NCBI RefSeq assembly: GCF_009914755.1
Contig: NC_060943.1
DNA: 64,000 nt
Reading direction: 5' to 3' (one strand)
DNA from: the human T2T-CHM13v2.0 reference genome, Homo sapiens
The position numbers and the translations under genes are program-made. Shown here piece after piece: positions 39,238-53,100 of this stretch; the first letter of the stretch is position 1, and every line of letters starts with the position of its first letter. The notes beneath the pieces were generated by a model, which saw nothing but the letters and a program-made list of their open reading frames with translations, was not told the DNA's origin and made no database searches.

Positions 39238-42200
39238 TATCTTCACATACAAACTAGACAGAAGCATTCTCAGAAACTGCTTTGTGGTGTGTGCATTCAA
39301 CTCACAGAGTTGAACCTTCCTTCTGAGAGAGCAGTTTTTAAACAGTCTCTTTGAAATATCTGCAAGTGGATATTTGGAGCGATGGGAAGTCTAAGTTTGA
39401 AAAGGAAATATCCTCACATACAAACTAGACAGAAGCAATCTCATTAACTGCTTTGCGATGTGTGCATTCAGCTCACAGAGTTGAACCTTCCTTTTGAGAG
39501 AGCAGTTTTGAAACAGTTTTTTGTAGTATCCTCAAGTGGATATATGGAGCGATGTGAGGCTTAAGATGGAAACGGGAATATCTTCACATGCAAACTAGAA
39601 AGAAGCATTCTCAGAAACTGCTTTGTGATGGGTGCATTCAACTCAGAGACTTGAACATTTCTTTAGACGGAGCAGTGTTGAAACACACATATGCAGAATC
39701 TGCAAGAGTTCATTTGGAGCGCTTTGATGCCTATGGTGGAAAAAGAAATATCTTCACATAAAGACTAGAAAGAAGCGTTCTCCGAAACTCCTTTGTGATA
39801 TATGTGTTCAGTTCACAGAGTTGAACCTTTCTTTTGATTGAGCAGTTTTGAAACACTGCTTTTCTAGAATCTGCTTTTGGATATTTGAAGCTCTTTGACG
39901 AATTCACTGTCAATGTTATATCTTCACATACAAACTAGACAGAAGCATTCTCAGAAACTGCTTTTTGATGTGTGCATTCAACACACGGAGTTGAACCTTC
40001 CTTCTGAGAACAGTTTTGAAGCAGTCTTTTTGTGGTATCTGCAAGTCGATATTTGGAACGATTTGGGACCTATGAGGGAAAAGGAACTATCTTCACGTAC
40101 AAGCTAGACAGAAGCATTCTCAGAAACTGCTTTGTGATGTGTGCATTCAACACACGGAGTTGAACCTTCCTTCTGAGAGAACGGTTTTCAAACAGTCTTT
40201 TTGTAGTATCTGCAAGTCGATATTTGGAACGATTTGAGGCCTATGAGGGAAAAGGAACTATCTTCACATACAAACTAGACAGAAGCATGCTCAGAAACTG
40301 CTGTGTGATGTGTGCATTCAACTCACAGAGTTGAACCTTCCTTTTGAGAGAGACGTTTTGAAACAGTCTTTTTGTAGTATGTACAGGTGGATATTTTTGG
40401 TGATTTGAGGTCTAAGATGGAAAAGGAAATACCTTCACCTACAAACTAGACAGAAGCATTCTCAGAAACTGCTTTGTGATGTGTGCATTAAACTTACAGA
40501 CTTGAAACCTTATTTTGATAGAGCAGTGTTGAAACACACTTTTTATAGAATCTGCAAGTGTTCATTTGGAGAGCTTTGTTGCCTGTGGTGGAAAAAGAAA
40601 TGTGTTCACATACAAACTAGAAAGAAGCCTTCTCAGAAACTCCTTTGAGATGTTTGTGTCCAATTCACAAAGTTGAACCTTTCTTTTGATAGAGCAGATT
40701 TGAAACACTGCTTTTGTAGAATCTGCTTGCATGTATTTGGAGGTCTTTGAGGAATTGGGCGTATACGGGATATCTTCACATACAAATTACACAGAAGCAT
40801 TCTCAGAAACTGCTCTGTGATGTGTGCATTCCTCTCACAGAGTTGAAACTTTCTTTTGAGAAAGCTGTTCTGAAACAGTCTTTTTGTAGTATCTGCAAGT
40901 GGATATTTGGAGCGATTTGAGGCCTATGATGGAAAAGGAAATATGTTCACTTACAAACTAGACAGAAGCATTCTCAGAAACTGCTTTGTGATGTGTGTGT
41001 TCAATTCACAGGGTTGACTCTTTCTTTTGATTGAGCAGTTTTGAACCACCTGTTTTGTAGAATCTGCTTGTGGATATTTGTAGCTCTTGGAGGAATTCTT
41101 TGTAAAAGGGATATCTTCACATACACACTAGTCAGAAGCATTCTCAGAAACTTCTTTGTGATGTGTGAATTGAACTCACAGAGTTGAACCTTCCTTTTGA
41201 GAGAGCCGTTTTGAAACAATCTTTTTGAAGTATCTTCAATTGGATGTTTGTAGTGATTTGAGGCCTAAGATGGAAGAGGAAATATCTTCACATACAATCT
41301 AGACAGAAGCACTCTCAGAAGCTGCTTGGTGATGTCTGCATTCAACTCACAGACTTGAACCCTTGTTTTGCAAGAGCAGTGTTGAAACACACATTTTGTA
41401 CGATCTGCAAGTGTTCATTTGGAACGCTGTTGTGCCTATGGTGGATAAAGAAATATCTTCACATAAATACTAGAAAGTAGCATTCTCAGAAACTGCTTTG
41501 TGATGTGTGCATTCAACTCACAGAGTTGCACCTTCCTTTTGAGAGAGAGGTTTTGAAACAGTCTTTTTGTAGTATCTGCAAGTGGATATTTTTAGTGATT
41601 TGAGGTCTAAGATGGAAAAGGAAATACCTTCACCTACAAACTAGACAGAAGCATTCTCAGAAACTGCTTTGTGATGTGTGCATTAAACTTACAGACTTGA
41701 AACTTTATTTTGATAGAGCAGTGTTGAAACACACTTTTTATAGAATCTGCAAGTGTTCATTTGGAGAGCTTTGTTGCCTGTGGTGGAAAAAGGAATATGT
41801 TCACCTAGAAACTAGAAAGAAGCCTTCTCAGAAACTCCTTTGAGATGTTTGTGTCCAATTCACAAAGTTGAACCTTTCTTTTGATAGAGCAGATTTGAAA
41901 CACTGCTTTTGTAGAATCTGCTTGCGGATATTTGGCGGTCTTTTAGGAATTGGGCGTATACGGGAGATCTTCACATACAAGTTACACAGAAGCATTCTCA
42001 GAAACTGCTTTGTGATGTGTGCATTCAACTCACAGAGTTGAAACTTTCTTTTGAGAAAGCAGTTTTGAAACAGTCTTTTTGTAGTATCTGCAAGTGGATA
42101 TTTGGAGCGATTTGAGGCCTATGATGGAAAAGGAAATATGTTCACATACAAACTAGACAGAAGCGTTCTGAGAAACTGCTTTGTGATGTGTGCATTCACC

Positions 42201-43481
42201 TCACAGAGTGGAACCTTTCTTTGGATAGAGCAGTTTTGAAACAGTCTTTCTCTAGTATCTGCAAGTGTTCATTTTGAGCGCTTTGAGGCCCATGATGGAA
42301 AAGGAAATATTTTCACATAAAAACTAGACAGAAGCTTTCTCAGGAACTTCATTGAGATGTGTGCATTAAAGTAACTGAGTTGAATACGTCTTTTGATAGA
42401 GCAGTATTGAAACACTTCTTTTGTAGAATCTGCCTGTGGATATCTGGAACTCTTTGAAGAATTCTTTGGAAACGGCTATCTTCACATAAAAAGTAGACCC
42501 AAGCATTCACAGAACGTTCTTTGTGACATGTACATTGGACTCCCAGACTTGAAACTTTCTTTTGATAGAGCAGTGTTGGAACACACTTTTTGTAGAATCT
42601 TCATGTGTTCGTTTGGAGTGCTCTGTTGCCTATGGTGGAAAAAGGAATATCTTCACCTAAAAACCAGACAGAAGCATTCTCAGAGACTGCTTTGTGATGT
42701 GTGTGTTCAATTCGCAGAGTTGAAAGTTGCTTTGGATAGAGCAGTTTTGAAACACTGCTTTTGTAGAATCTGCTTGTTGCTATTGGGGGCTCTTTGAGGA
42801 ATTTGTTGTAAACGGGATATCTTCACATACAAAGTAGGCAGAGGCATTCTCAGAAACTGCTCTGTGATGTGTGCATTCAACTCACAGAGTTGAACCTTCC
42901 TTTTGCGAGAGCTGTTTTGAAGCAGTCTTTTTGTGGTATCTGCAATTGGATATTTGGATCGATTTGAGGCCTAAGATGGAAAAGGAAATATCTTCACATA
43001 CAAACTAGACAGAAGCATTCTCAGACACTGTGTTGTGATGTGTGCATTCAACTCACAGAGTTGAACCTTCCTTTTGAGAGCAGTTTTGAAACAGTCTTTT
43101 TGAAGTATCTGCAAGTGGATGTTTGGAGAGATTTGAGGCCTAAGATGGAAAAGGATATATCTTCACCTAAAAACTAGGCAGAAGCATTCTCAGAAACTGC
43201 TTTGTGATGTGGGGATTCAACTCACAGGCTTGAAACTTTCTTTTGATAGAGCAGGGTTCAAACACACTTTTTGTAGAATCTGCAAGTGTTCATTTGGAGT
43301 GCTTTCTTGCCCATGGTGGAAAAAGAAATATCTTCACGTAAAAACTAGACAGAAACATTCTCAGAAAATACTTTGTGATGTGGTTGTTCAATTCACAGGG
43401 TTGAACCTTTCTTTAGATAAAGCAGTTTTGAAACACTGCTTTTGTAGAATCTTCTTGTGGATATTTGGAGCTGTTTGAGGA

Positions 43482-43498
43482 ATTCGTTTTAAACGGGA
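43482..43498 (+). promoter_or_regulatory. CENP-B box (m32)
   Basis: ATTCGTTTTAAACGGGA. Confidence 0.85.
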
Positions 43499-44675
43499 TA
43501 TCTTCACATTCAAACTAGTCAGAAGCATTCTCAGAAACTGGTTTGTGATGTGTGCATTCTACTCACAGAGTTGAACCTTCCTTTTGAGAGAGCAGTTTTG
43601 AAACAATCTTTTTGTATTCTCTACAAGTGGATACTTGGAGCAATGGGAGGACTAAGATTGAAAAGGAAATATCTTCACGGCCAAACTTGACAGAAGCTTT
43701 CTCAGAATCTGCTTTGTGATGTGTGCATTTACCTCACAGAGTGGAACCGTCCTTTTGATAGAGCAGTTCTGAAACAGTCTTTTTGTAGGATCTGCGAGTG
43801 TTCATTTTGGAGCGCTTTTAAGCCTTTGGCGGAAAAGGAAATATCTTCACAAAAAAACTAGACAGAGGCATGCTCAGGAACTTCACTGAGATGTGTGCAT
43901 TCAAGTAACTGAGTTGAATCTGCCTTTTGATAGAGCAGAATTGAAACACTCCTTTTGTAGAATCTGCTTGTGGATATTTGGAACTCTTTCAGGAGTTCGT
44001 TGGCAGCTGGCATCTTCACAAAAAAAGGAGACCCAAGGATTCTCAAAAAGTTCCTTGAGATGTGTGCCTTAAACTCACAGACTTCAAACTTTCTTTTGAG
44101 AGATCAGTGTTGGAACACGCTTTTTGTAGAATCTGCAAGTGTTCATTTAGTGCGCTTTGTTGCCTATGGTGGAAAAAGAAATATCTTCAAATGAAAACTA
44201 GACAGAAACATTCTCAGAAACTCCTTTGTGAAGTGTGTGTCAAATTCACAGAATTGAAATATTCCTTTGATAGCGCAGCTTTGAAACACCGCTTTTATAG
44301 GATCTGCTTGTGGATATCTGGAGCTCTTTGAGGAATTTGTTGTAAACGGGATATCTTCACATACAAAGTAGACAGAAGCATTCTCAGAAACTGCTTTGTG
44401 ATGTGTGCATTCCAATCACAGACTTCAACCTTTCTTTTGAAAGAGCAGTGTTCAAACACACATTTTGTAGGATGTGCAAGTGTTCACTTGGAGTGCTTTT
44501 TTGCCTATGGTGGAAAAAGAAATATCTTCACATAAATACTAGACAGAAGCATTCTCAGAAACGCCTTAGTGATGTGTTTGTTCTATTCAGAGAGTTGAAC
44601 CTTTCTTTTGATAGAGCAGTTTTGATACACTGCTTCTGTAGAATCTGCTTGTGGATATTTGGAGCTCTTTGAGGA

Positions 44676-44692
44676 ATTCGTTGTAAACGGGA
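44676..44692 (+). promoter_or_regulatory. CENP-B box (m7)
   Basis: ATTCGTTGTAAACGGGA. Confidence 0.88.
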
Positions 44693-47600
44693 TATCTTCA
44701 CATACAAACTAGACAGAAGCATTCTCAGAAACTGCTTTGTGGTGTGTGCATTCAACTCACAGAGTTGAACCTTCCTTCTGAGAGAGCAGTTTTTAAACAG
44801 TCTCTTTGAAATATCTGCAAGTGGATATTTGGAGCGATGGGAAGTCTAAGTTTGAAAAGGAAATATCCTCACATACAAACTAGACAGAAGCAATCTCATT
44901 AACTGCTTTGCGATGTGTGCATTCAGCTCACAGAGTTGAACCTTCCTTTTGAGAGAGCAGTTTTGAAACAGTTTTTTGTAGTATCCTCAAGTGGATATAT
45001 GGAGCGATGTGAGGCTTAAGATGGAAACGGGAATATCTTCACATGCAAACTAGAAAGAAGCATTCTCAGAAACTGCTTTGTGATGGGTGCATTCAACTCA
45101 GAGACTTGAACATTTCTTTAGACGGAGCAGTGTTGAAACACACATATGCAGAATCTGCAAGAGTTCATTTGGAGCGCTTTGATGCCTATGGTGGAAAAAG
45201 AAATATCTTCACATAAAGACTAGAAAGAAGCGTTCTCCGAAACTCCTTTGTGATATATGTGTTCAGTTCACAGAGTTGAACCTTTCTTTTGATTGAGCAG
45301 TTTTGAAACACTGCTTTTCTAGAATCTGCTTTTGGATATTTGAAGCTCTTTGACGAATTCACTGTCAATGTTATATCTTCACATACAAACTAGACAGAAG
45401 CATTCTCAGAAACTGCTTTTTGATGTGTGCATTCAACACACGGAGTTGAACCTTCCTTCTGAGAACAGTTTTGAAGCAGTCTTTTTGTGGTATCTGCAAG
45501 TCGATATTTGGAACGATTTGGGACCTATGAGGGAAAAGGAACTATCTTCACGTACAAGCTAGACAGAAGCATTCTCAGAAACTGCTTTGTGATGTGTGCA
45601 TTCAACACACGGAGTTGAACCTTCCTTCTGAGAGAACGGTTTTCAAACAGTCTTTTTGTAGTATCTGCAAGTCGATATTTGGAACGATTTGAGGCCTATG
45701 AGGGAAAAGGAACTATCTTCACATACAAACTAGACAGAAGCATGCTCAGAAACTGCTGTGTGATGTGTGCATTCAACTCACAGAGTTGAACCTTCCTTTT
45801 GAGAGAGACGTTTTGAAACAGTCTTTTTGTAGTATGTACAGGTGGATATTTTTGGTGATTTGAGGTCTAAGATGGAAAAGGAAATACCTTCACCTACAAA
45901 CTAGACAGAAGCATTCTCAGAAACTGCCTTGTGATGTGTGCATTAAACTTACAGACTTGAAACCTTATTTTGATAGAGCAGTGTTGAAACACACTTTTTA
46001 TAGAATCTGCAAGTGTTCATTTGGAGAGCTTTGTTGCCTGTGGTGGAAAAAGAAATGTGTTCACATACAAACTAGAAAGAAGCCTTCTCAGAAACTCCTT
46101 TGAGATGTTTGTGTCCAATTCACAAAGTTGAACCTTTCTTTTGATAGAGCAGATTTGAAACACTGCTTTTGTAGAATCTGCTTGCATGTATTTGGAGGTC
46201 TTTGAGGAATTGGGCGTATACGGGATATCTTCACATACAAATTACACAGAAGCATTCTCAGAAACTGCTCTGTGATGTGTGCATTCCTCTCACAGAGTTG
46301 AAACTTTCTTTTGAGAAAGCTGTTCTGAAACAGTCTTTTTGTAGTATCTGCAAGTGGATATTTGGAGCGATTTGAGGCCTATGATGGAAAAGGAAATATG
46401 TTCACTTACAAACTAGACAGAAGCATTCTCAGAAACTGCTTTGTGATGTGTGTGTTCAATTCACAGGGTTGACTCTTTCTTTTGATTGAGCAGTTTTGAA
46501 CCACCTGTTTTGTAGAATCTGCTTGTGGATATTTGTAGCTCTTGGAGGAATTCTTTGTAAAAGGGATATCTTCACATACACACTAGTCAGAAGCATTCTC
46601 AGAAACTTCTTTGTGATGTGTGAATTGAACTCACAGAGTTGAACCTTCCTTTTGAGAGAGCCGTTTTGAAACAATCTTTTTGAAGTATCTTCAATTGGAT
46701 GTTTGTAGTGATTTGAGGCCTAAGATGGAAGAGGAAATATCTTCACATACAATCTAGACAGAAGCACTCTCAGAAGCTGCTTGGTGATGTCTGCATTCAA
46801 CTCACAGACTTGAACCCTTGTTTTGAAAGAGCAGTGTTGAAACACACATTTTGTACGATCTGCAAGTGTTCATTTGGAACGCTGTTGTGCCTATGGTGGA
46901 TAAAGAAATATCTTCACATAAATACTAGAAAGTAGCATTCTCAGAAACTGCTTTGTGATGTGTGCATTCAACTCACAGAGTTGAACCTTCCTTTTGAGAG
47001 AGAGGTTTTGAAACAGTCTTTTTGTAGTATCTGCAAGTGGATATTTTTAGTGATTTGAGGTCTAAGATGGAAAAGGAAATACCTTCACCTACAAACTAGA
47101 CAGAAGCATTCTCAGAAACTGCTTTGTGATGTGTGCATTAAACTTACAGACTTGAAACTTTATTTTGATAGAGCAGTGTTGAAACACACTTTTTATAGAA
47201 TCTGCAAGTGTTCATTTGGAGAGCTTTGTTGCCTGTGGTGGAAAAAGGAATATGTTCACCTAGAAACTAGAAAGAAGCCTTCTCAGAAACTCCTTTGAGA
47301 TGTTTGTGTCCAATTCACAAAGTTGAACCTTTCTTTTGATAGAGCAGATTTGAAACACTGCTTTTGTAGAATCTGCTTGCGGATATTTGGCGGTCTTTTA
47401 GGAATTGGGCGTATACGGGAGATCTTCACATACAAGTTACACAGAAGCATTCTCAGAAACTGCTTTGTGATGTGTGCATTCAACTCACAGAGTTGAAACT
47501 TTCTTTTGAGAAAGCAGTTTTGAAACAGTCTTTTTGTAGTATCTGCAAGTGGATATTTGGAGCGATTTGAGGCCTATGATGGAAAAGGAAATATGTTCAC

Positions 47601-48936
47601 ATACAAACTAGACAGAAGCGTTCTGAGAAACTGCTTTGTGATGTGTGCATTCACCTCACAGAGTGGAACCTTTCTTTGGATAGAGCAGTTTTGAAACAGT
47701 CTTTCTCTAGTATCTGCAAGTGTTCATTTTGAGCGCTTTGAGGCCCATGATGGAAAAGGAAATATTTTCACATAAAAACTAGACAGAAGCTTTCTCAGGA
47801 ACTTCATTGAGATGTGTGCATTAAAGTAACTGAGTTGAATACGTCTTTTGATAGAGCAGTATTGAAACACTTCTTTTGTAGAATCTGCCTGTGGATATCT
47901 GGAACTCTTTGAAGAATTCTTTGGAAACGGCTATCTTCACATAAAAAGTAGACCCAAGCATTCACAGAACGTTCTTTGTGACATGTACATTGGACTCCCA
48001 GACTTGAAACTTTCTTTTGATAGAGCAGTGTTGGAACACACTTTTTGTAGAATCTTCATGTGTTCGTTTGGAGTGCTCTGTTGCCTATGGTGGAAAAAGG
48101 AATATCTTCACCTAAAAACCAGACAGAAGCATTCTCAGAGACTGCTTTGTGATGTGTGTGTTCAATTCGCAGAGTTGAAAGTTGCTTTTGATAGAGCAGT
48201 TTTGAAACACTGCTTTTGTAGAATCTGCTTGTTGCTATTGGGGGCTCTTTGAGGAATTTGTTGTAAACGGGATATCTTCACATACAAAGTAGACAGAAGC
48301 ATTCTCAGAAACTGCTCTGTGATGTGTGCATTCAACTCACAGAGTTGAACCTTCCTTTTGCGAGAGCTGTTTTGAAGCAGTCTTTTTGTGGTATCTGCAA
48401 TTGGATATTTGGATCGATTTGAGGCCTAAGATGGAAAAGGAAATATCTTCACATACAAACTAGACAGAAGCATTCTCAGACACTGCGTTGTGATGTGTGC
48501 ATTCAACTCACAGAGTTGAACCTTCCTTTTGAGAGCAGTTTTGAAACAGTCTTTTTGAAGTATCTGCAAGTGGATGTTTGGAGAGATTTGAGGCCTAAGA
48601 TGGAAAAGGATATATCTTCACCTAAAAACTAGGCAGAAGCATTCTCAGAAACTGCTTTGTGATGTGGGGATTCAACTCACAGGCTTGAAACTTTCTTTTG
48701 ATAGAGCAGGGTTCAAACACACTTTTTGTAGAATCTGCAAGTGTTCATTTGGAGTGCTTTCTTGCCCATGGTGGAAAAAGAAATATCTTCACGTAAAAAC
48801 TAGACAGAAACATTCTCAGAAAATACTTTGTGATGTGGTTGTTCAATTCACAGGGTTGAACCTTTCTTTAGATAAAGCAGTTTTGAAACACTGCTTTTGT
48901 AGAATCTTCTTGTGGATATTTGGAGCTGTTTGAGGA

Positions 48937-48953
48937 ATTCGTTTTAAACGGGA
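48937..48953 (+). promoter_or_regulatory. CENP-B box (m32)
   Basis: ATTCGTTTTAAACGGGA. Confidence 0.85.
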
Positions 48954-50130
48954 TATCTTCACATTCAAACTAGTCAGAAGCATTCTCAGAAACTGGTTTG
49001 TGATGTGTGCATTCTACTCACAGAGTTGAACCTTCCTTTTGAGAGAGCAGTTTTGAAACAATCTTTTTGTATTCTCTACAAGTGGATACTTGGAGCAATG
49101 GGAGGACTAAGATTGAAAAGGAAATATCTTCACGGCCAAACTTGACAGAAGCTTTCTCAGAATCTGCTTTGTGATGTGTGCATTTACCTCACAGAGTGGA
49201 ACCGTCCTTTTGATAGAGCAGTTCTGAAACAGTCTTTTTGTAGGATCTGCGAGTGTTCATTTTGGAGCGCTTTTAAGCCTTTGGTGGAAAAGGAAATATC
49301 TTCACAAAAAAACTAGACAGAGGCATGCTCAGGAACTTCACTGAGATGTGTGCATTCAAGTAACTGAGTTGAATCTGCCTTTTGATAGAGCAGAATTGAA
49401 ACACTCCTTTTGTAGAATCTGCTTGTGGATATTTGGAACTCTTTCAGGAGTTCGTTGGCAGCTGGTATCTTCACAAAAAAAGGAGACCCAAGGATTCTCA
49501 AAAAGTTCCTTGAGATGTGTGCCTTAAACTCACAGACTTCAAACTTTCTTTTGAGAGATCAGTGTTGGAACACGCTTTTTGTAGAATCTGCAAGTGTTCA
49601 TTTAGTGCGCTTTGTTGCCTATGGTGGAAAAAGAAATATCTTCAAATGAAAACTAGACAGAAACATTCTCAGAAACTCCTTTGTGAAGTGTGTGTCAAAT
49701 TCACAGAATTGAAATATTCCTTTGATAGCGCAGCTTTGAAACACCGCTTTTATAGGATCTGCTTGTGGATATCTGGAGCTCTTTGAGGAATTTGTTGTAA
49801 ACGGGATATCTTCACATACAAAGTAGACAGAAGCATTCTCAGAAACTGCTTTGTGATGTGTGCATTCCAATCACAGACTTCAACCTTTCTTTTGAAAGAG
49901 CAGTGTTCAAACACACATTTTGTAGGATGTGCAAGTGTTCACTTGGAGCGCTTTTTTGCCTATGGTGGAAAAAGAAATATCTTCACATAAATACTAGACA
50001 GAAGCATTCTCAGAAACGCCTTAGTGATGTGTTTGTTCTATTCAGAGAGTTGAACCTTTCTTTTGATAGAGCAGTTTTGATACACTGCTTCTGTAGAATC
50101 TGCTTGTGGATATTTGGAGCTCTTTGAGGA

Positions 50131-50147
50131 ATTCGTTGTAAACGGGA
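50131..50147 (+). promoter_or_regulatory. CENP-B box (m7)
   Basis: ATTCGTTGTAAACGGGA. Confidence 0.88.
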
Positions 50148-53100
50148 TATCTTCACATACAAACTAGACAGAAGCATTCTCAGAAACTGCTTTGTGGTGT
50201 GTGCATTCAACTCACAGAGTTGAACCTTCCTTCTGAGAGAGCAGTTTTTAAACAGTCTCTTTGAAATATCTGCAAGTGGATATTTGGAGCGATGGGAAGT
50301 CTAAGTTTGAAAAGGAAATATCCTCACATACAAACTAGACAGAAGCAATCTCATTAACTGCTTTGCGATGTGTGCATTCAGCTCACAGAGTTGAACCTTC
50401 CTTTTGAGAGAGCAGTTTTGAAACAGTTTTTTGTAGTATCCTCAAGTGGATATATGGAGCGATGTGAGGCTTAAGATGGAAACGGGAATATCTTCACATG
50501 CAAACTAGAAAGAAGCATTCTCAGAAACTGCTTTGTGATGGGTGCATTCAACTCAGAGACTTGAACATTTCTTTAGACGGAGCAGTGTTGAAACACACAT
50601 ATGCAGAATCTGCAAGAGTTCATTTGGAGCGCTTTGATGCCTATGGTGGAAAAAGAAATATCTTCACATAAAGACTAGAAAGAAGCGTTCTCCGAAACTC
50701 CTTTGTGATATATGTGTTCAGTTCACAGAGTTGAACCTTTCTTTTGATTGAGCAGTTTTGAAACACTGCTTTTCTAGAATCTGCTTTTGGATATTTGAAG
50801 CTCTTTGACGAATTCACTGTCAATGTTATATCTTCACATACAAACTAGACAGAAGCATTCTCAGAAACTGCTTTTTGATGTGTGCATTCAACACACGGAG
50901 TTGAACCTTCCTTCTGAGAACAGTTTTGAAGCAGTCTTTTTGTGGTATCTGCAAGTCGATATTTGGAACGATTTGGGACCTATGAGGGAAAAGGAACTAT
51001 CTTCACGTACAAGCTAGACAGAAGCATTCTCAGAAACTGCTTTGTGATGTGTGCATTCAACACACGGAGTTGAACCTTCCTTCTGAGAGAACGGTTTTCA
51101 AACAGTCTTTTTGTAGTATCTGCAAGTCGATATTTGGAACGATTTGAGGCCTATGAGGGAAAAGGAACTATCTTCACATACAAACTAGACAGAAGCATGC
51201 TCAGAAACTGCTGTGTGATGTGTGCATTCAACTCACAGAGTTGAACCTTCCTTTTGAGAGAGACGTTTTGAAACAGTCTTTTTGTAGTATGTACAGGTGG
51301 ATATTTTTGGTGATTTGAGGTCTAAGATGGAAAAGGAAATACCTTCACCTACAAACTAGACAGAAGCATTCTCAGAAACTGCTTTGTGATGTGTGCATTA
51401 AACTTACAGACTTGAAACCTTATTTTGATAGAGCAGTGTTGAAACACACTTTTTATAGAATCTGCAAGTGTTCATTTGGAGAGCTTTGTTGCCTGTGGTG
51501 GAAAAAGAAATGTGTTCACATACAAACTAGAAAGAAGCCTTCTCAGAAACTCCTTTGAGATGTTTGTGTCCAATTCACAAAGTTGAACCTTTCTTTTGAT
51601 AGAGCAGATTTGAAACACTGCTTTTGTAGAATCTGCTTGCGTGTATTTGGAGGTCTTTGAGGAATTGGGCGTATACGGGATATCTTCACATACAAATTAC
51701 ACAGAAGCATTCTCAGAAACTGCTCTGTGATGTGTGCATTCCTCTCACAGAGTTGAAACTTTCTTTTGAGAAAGCTGTTCTGAAACAGTCTTTTTGTAGT
51801 ATCTGCAAGTGGATATTTGGAGCGATTTGAGGCCTATGATGGAAAAGGAAATATGTTCACTTACAAACTAGACAGAAGCATTCTCAGAAACTGCTTTGTG
51901 ATGTGTGTGTTCAATTCACAGGGTTGACTCTTTCTTTTGATTGAGCAGTTTTGAACCACCTGTTTTGTAGAATCTGCTTGTGGATATTTGTAGCTCTTGG
52001 AGGAATTCTTTGTAAAAGGGATATCTTCACATACACACTTGTCAGAAGCATTCTCAGAAACTTCTTTGTGATGTGTGAATTGAACTCACAGAGTTGAACC
52101 TTCCTTTTGAGAGAGCCGTTTTGAAACAATCTTTTTGAAGTATCTTCAATTGGATGTTTGTAGTGATTTGAGGCCTAAGATGGAAGAGGAAATATCTTCA
52201 CATACAATCTAGACAGAAGCACTCTCAGAAGCTGCTTGGTGATGTCTGCATTCAACTCACAGACTTGAACCCTTGTTTTGAAAGAGCAGTGTTGAAACAC
52301 ACATTTTGTACGATCTGCAAGTGTTCATTTGGAACGCTGTTGTGCCTATGGTGGATAAAGAAATATCTTCACATAAATACTAGAAAGTAGCATTCTCAGA
52401 AACTGCTTTGTGATGTGTGCATTCAACTCACAGAGTTGAACCTTCCTTTTGAGAGAGAGGTTTTGAAACAGTCTTTTTGTAGTATCTGCAAGTGGATATT
52501 TTTAGTGATTTGAGGTCTAAGATGGAAAAGGAAATACCTTCACCTACAAACTAGACAGAAGCATTCTCAGAAACTGCTTTGTGATGTGTGCATTAAACTT
52601 ACAGACTTGAAACTATATTTTGATAGAGCAGTGTTGAAACACACTTTTTATAGAATCTGCAAGTGTTCATTTGGAGAGCTTTGTTGCCTGTGGTGGAAAA
52701 AGGAATATGTTCACCTAGAAACTAGAAAGAAGCCTTCTCAGAAACTCCTTTGAGATGTTTGTGTCCAATTCACAAAGTTGAACCTTTCTTTTGATAGAGC
52801 AGATTTGAAACACTGCTTTTGTAGAATCTGCTTGCGGATATTTGGCGGTCTTTTAGGAATTGGGCGTATACGGGAGATCTTCACATACAAGTTACACAGA
52901 AGCATTCTCAGAAACTGCTTTGTGATGTGTGCATTCAACTCACAGAGTTGAAACTTTCTTTTGAGAAAGCAGTTTTGAAACAGTCTTTTTGTAGTATCTG
53001 CAAGTGGATATTTGGAGCGATTTGAGGCCTATGATGGAAAAGGAAATATGTTCACATACAAACTAGACAGAAGCGTTCTGAGAAACTGCTTTGTGATGTG

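Larger units (their letters stand above)
38071..43525 (+). repeat. HOR copy 8, 32-mer (5455 bp)
   Basis: ORF 38403 to 43858 = 5455. Confidence 0.97.
43526..48980 (+). repeat. HOR copy 9, 32-mer (5455 bp)
   Basis: ORF 43858 to 49313 = 5455. Confidence 0.97.
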
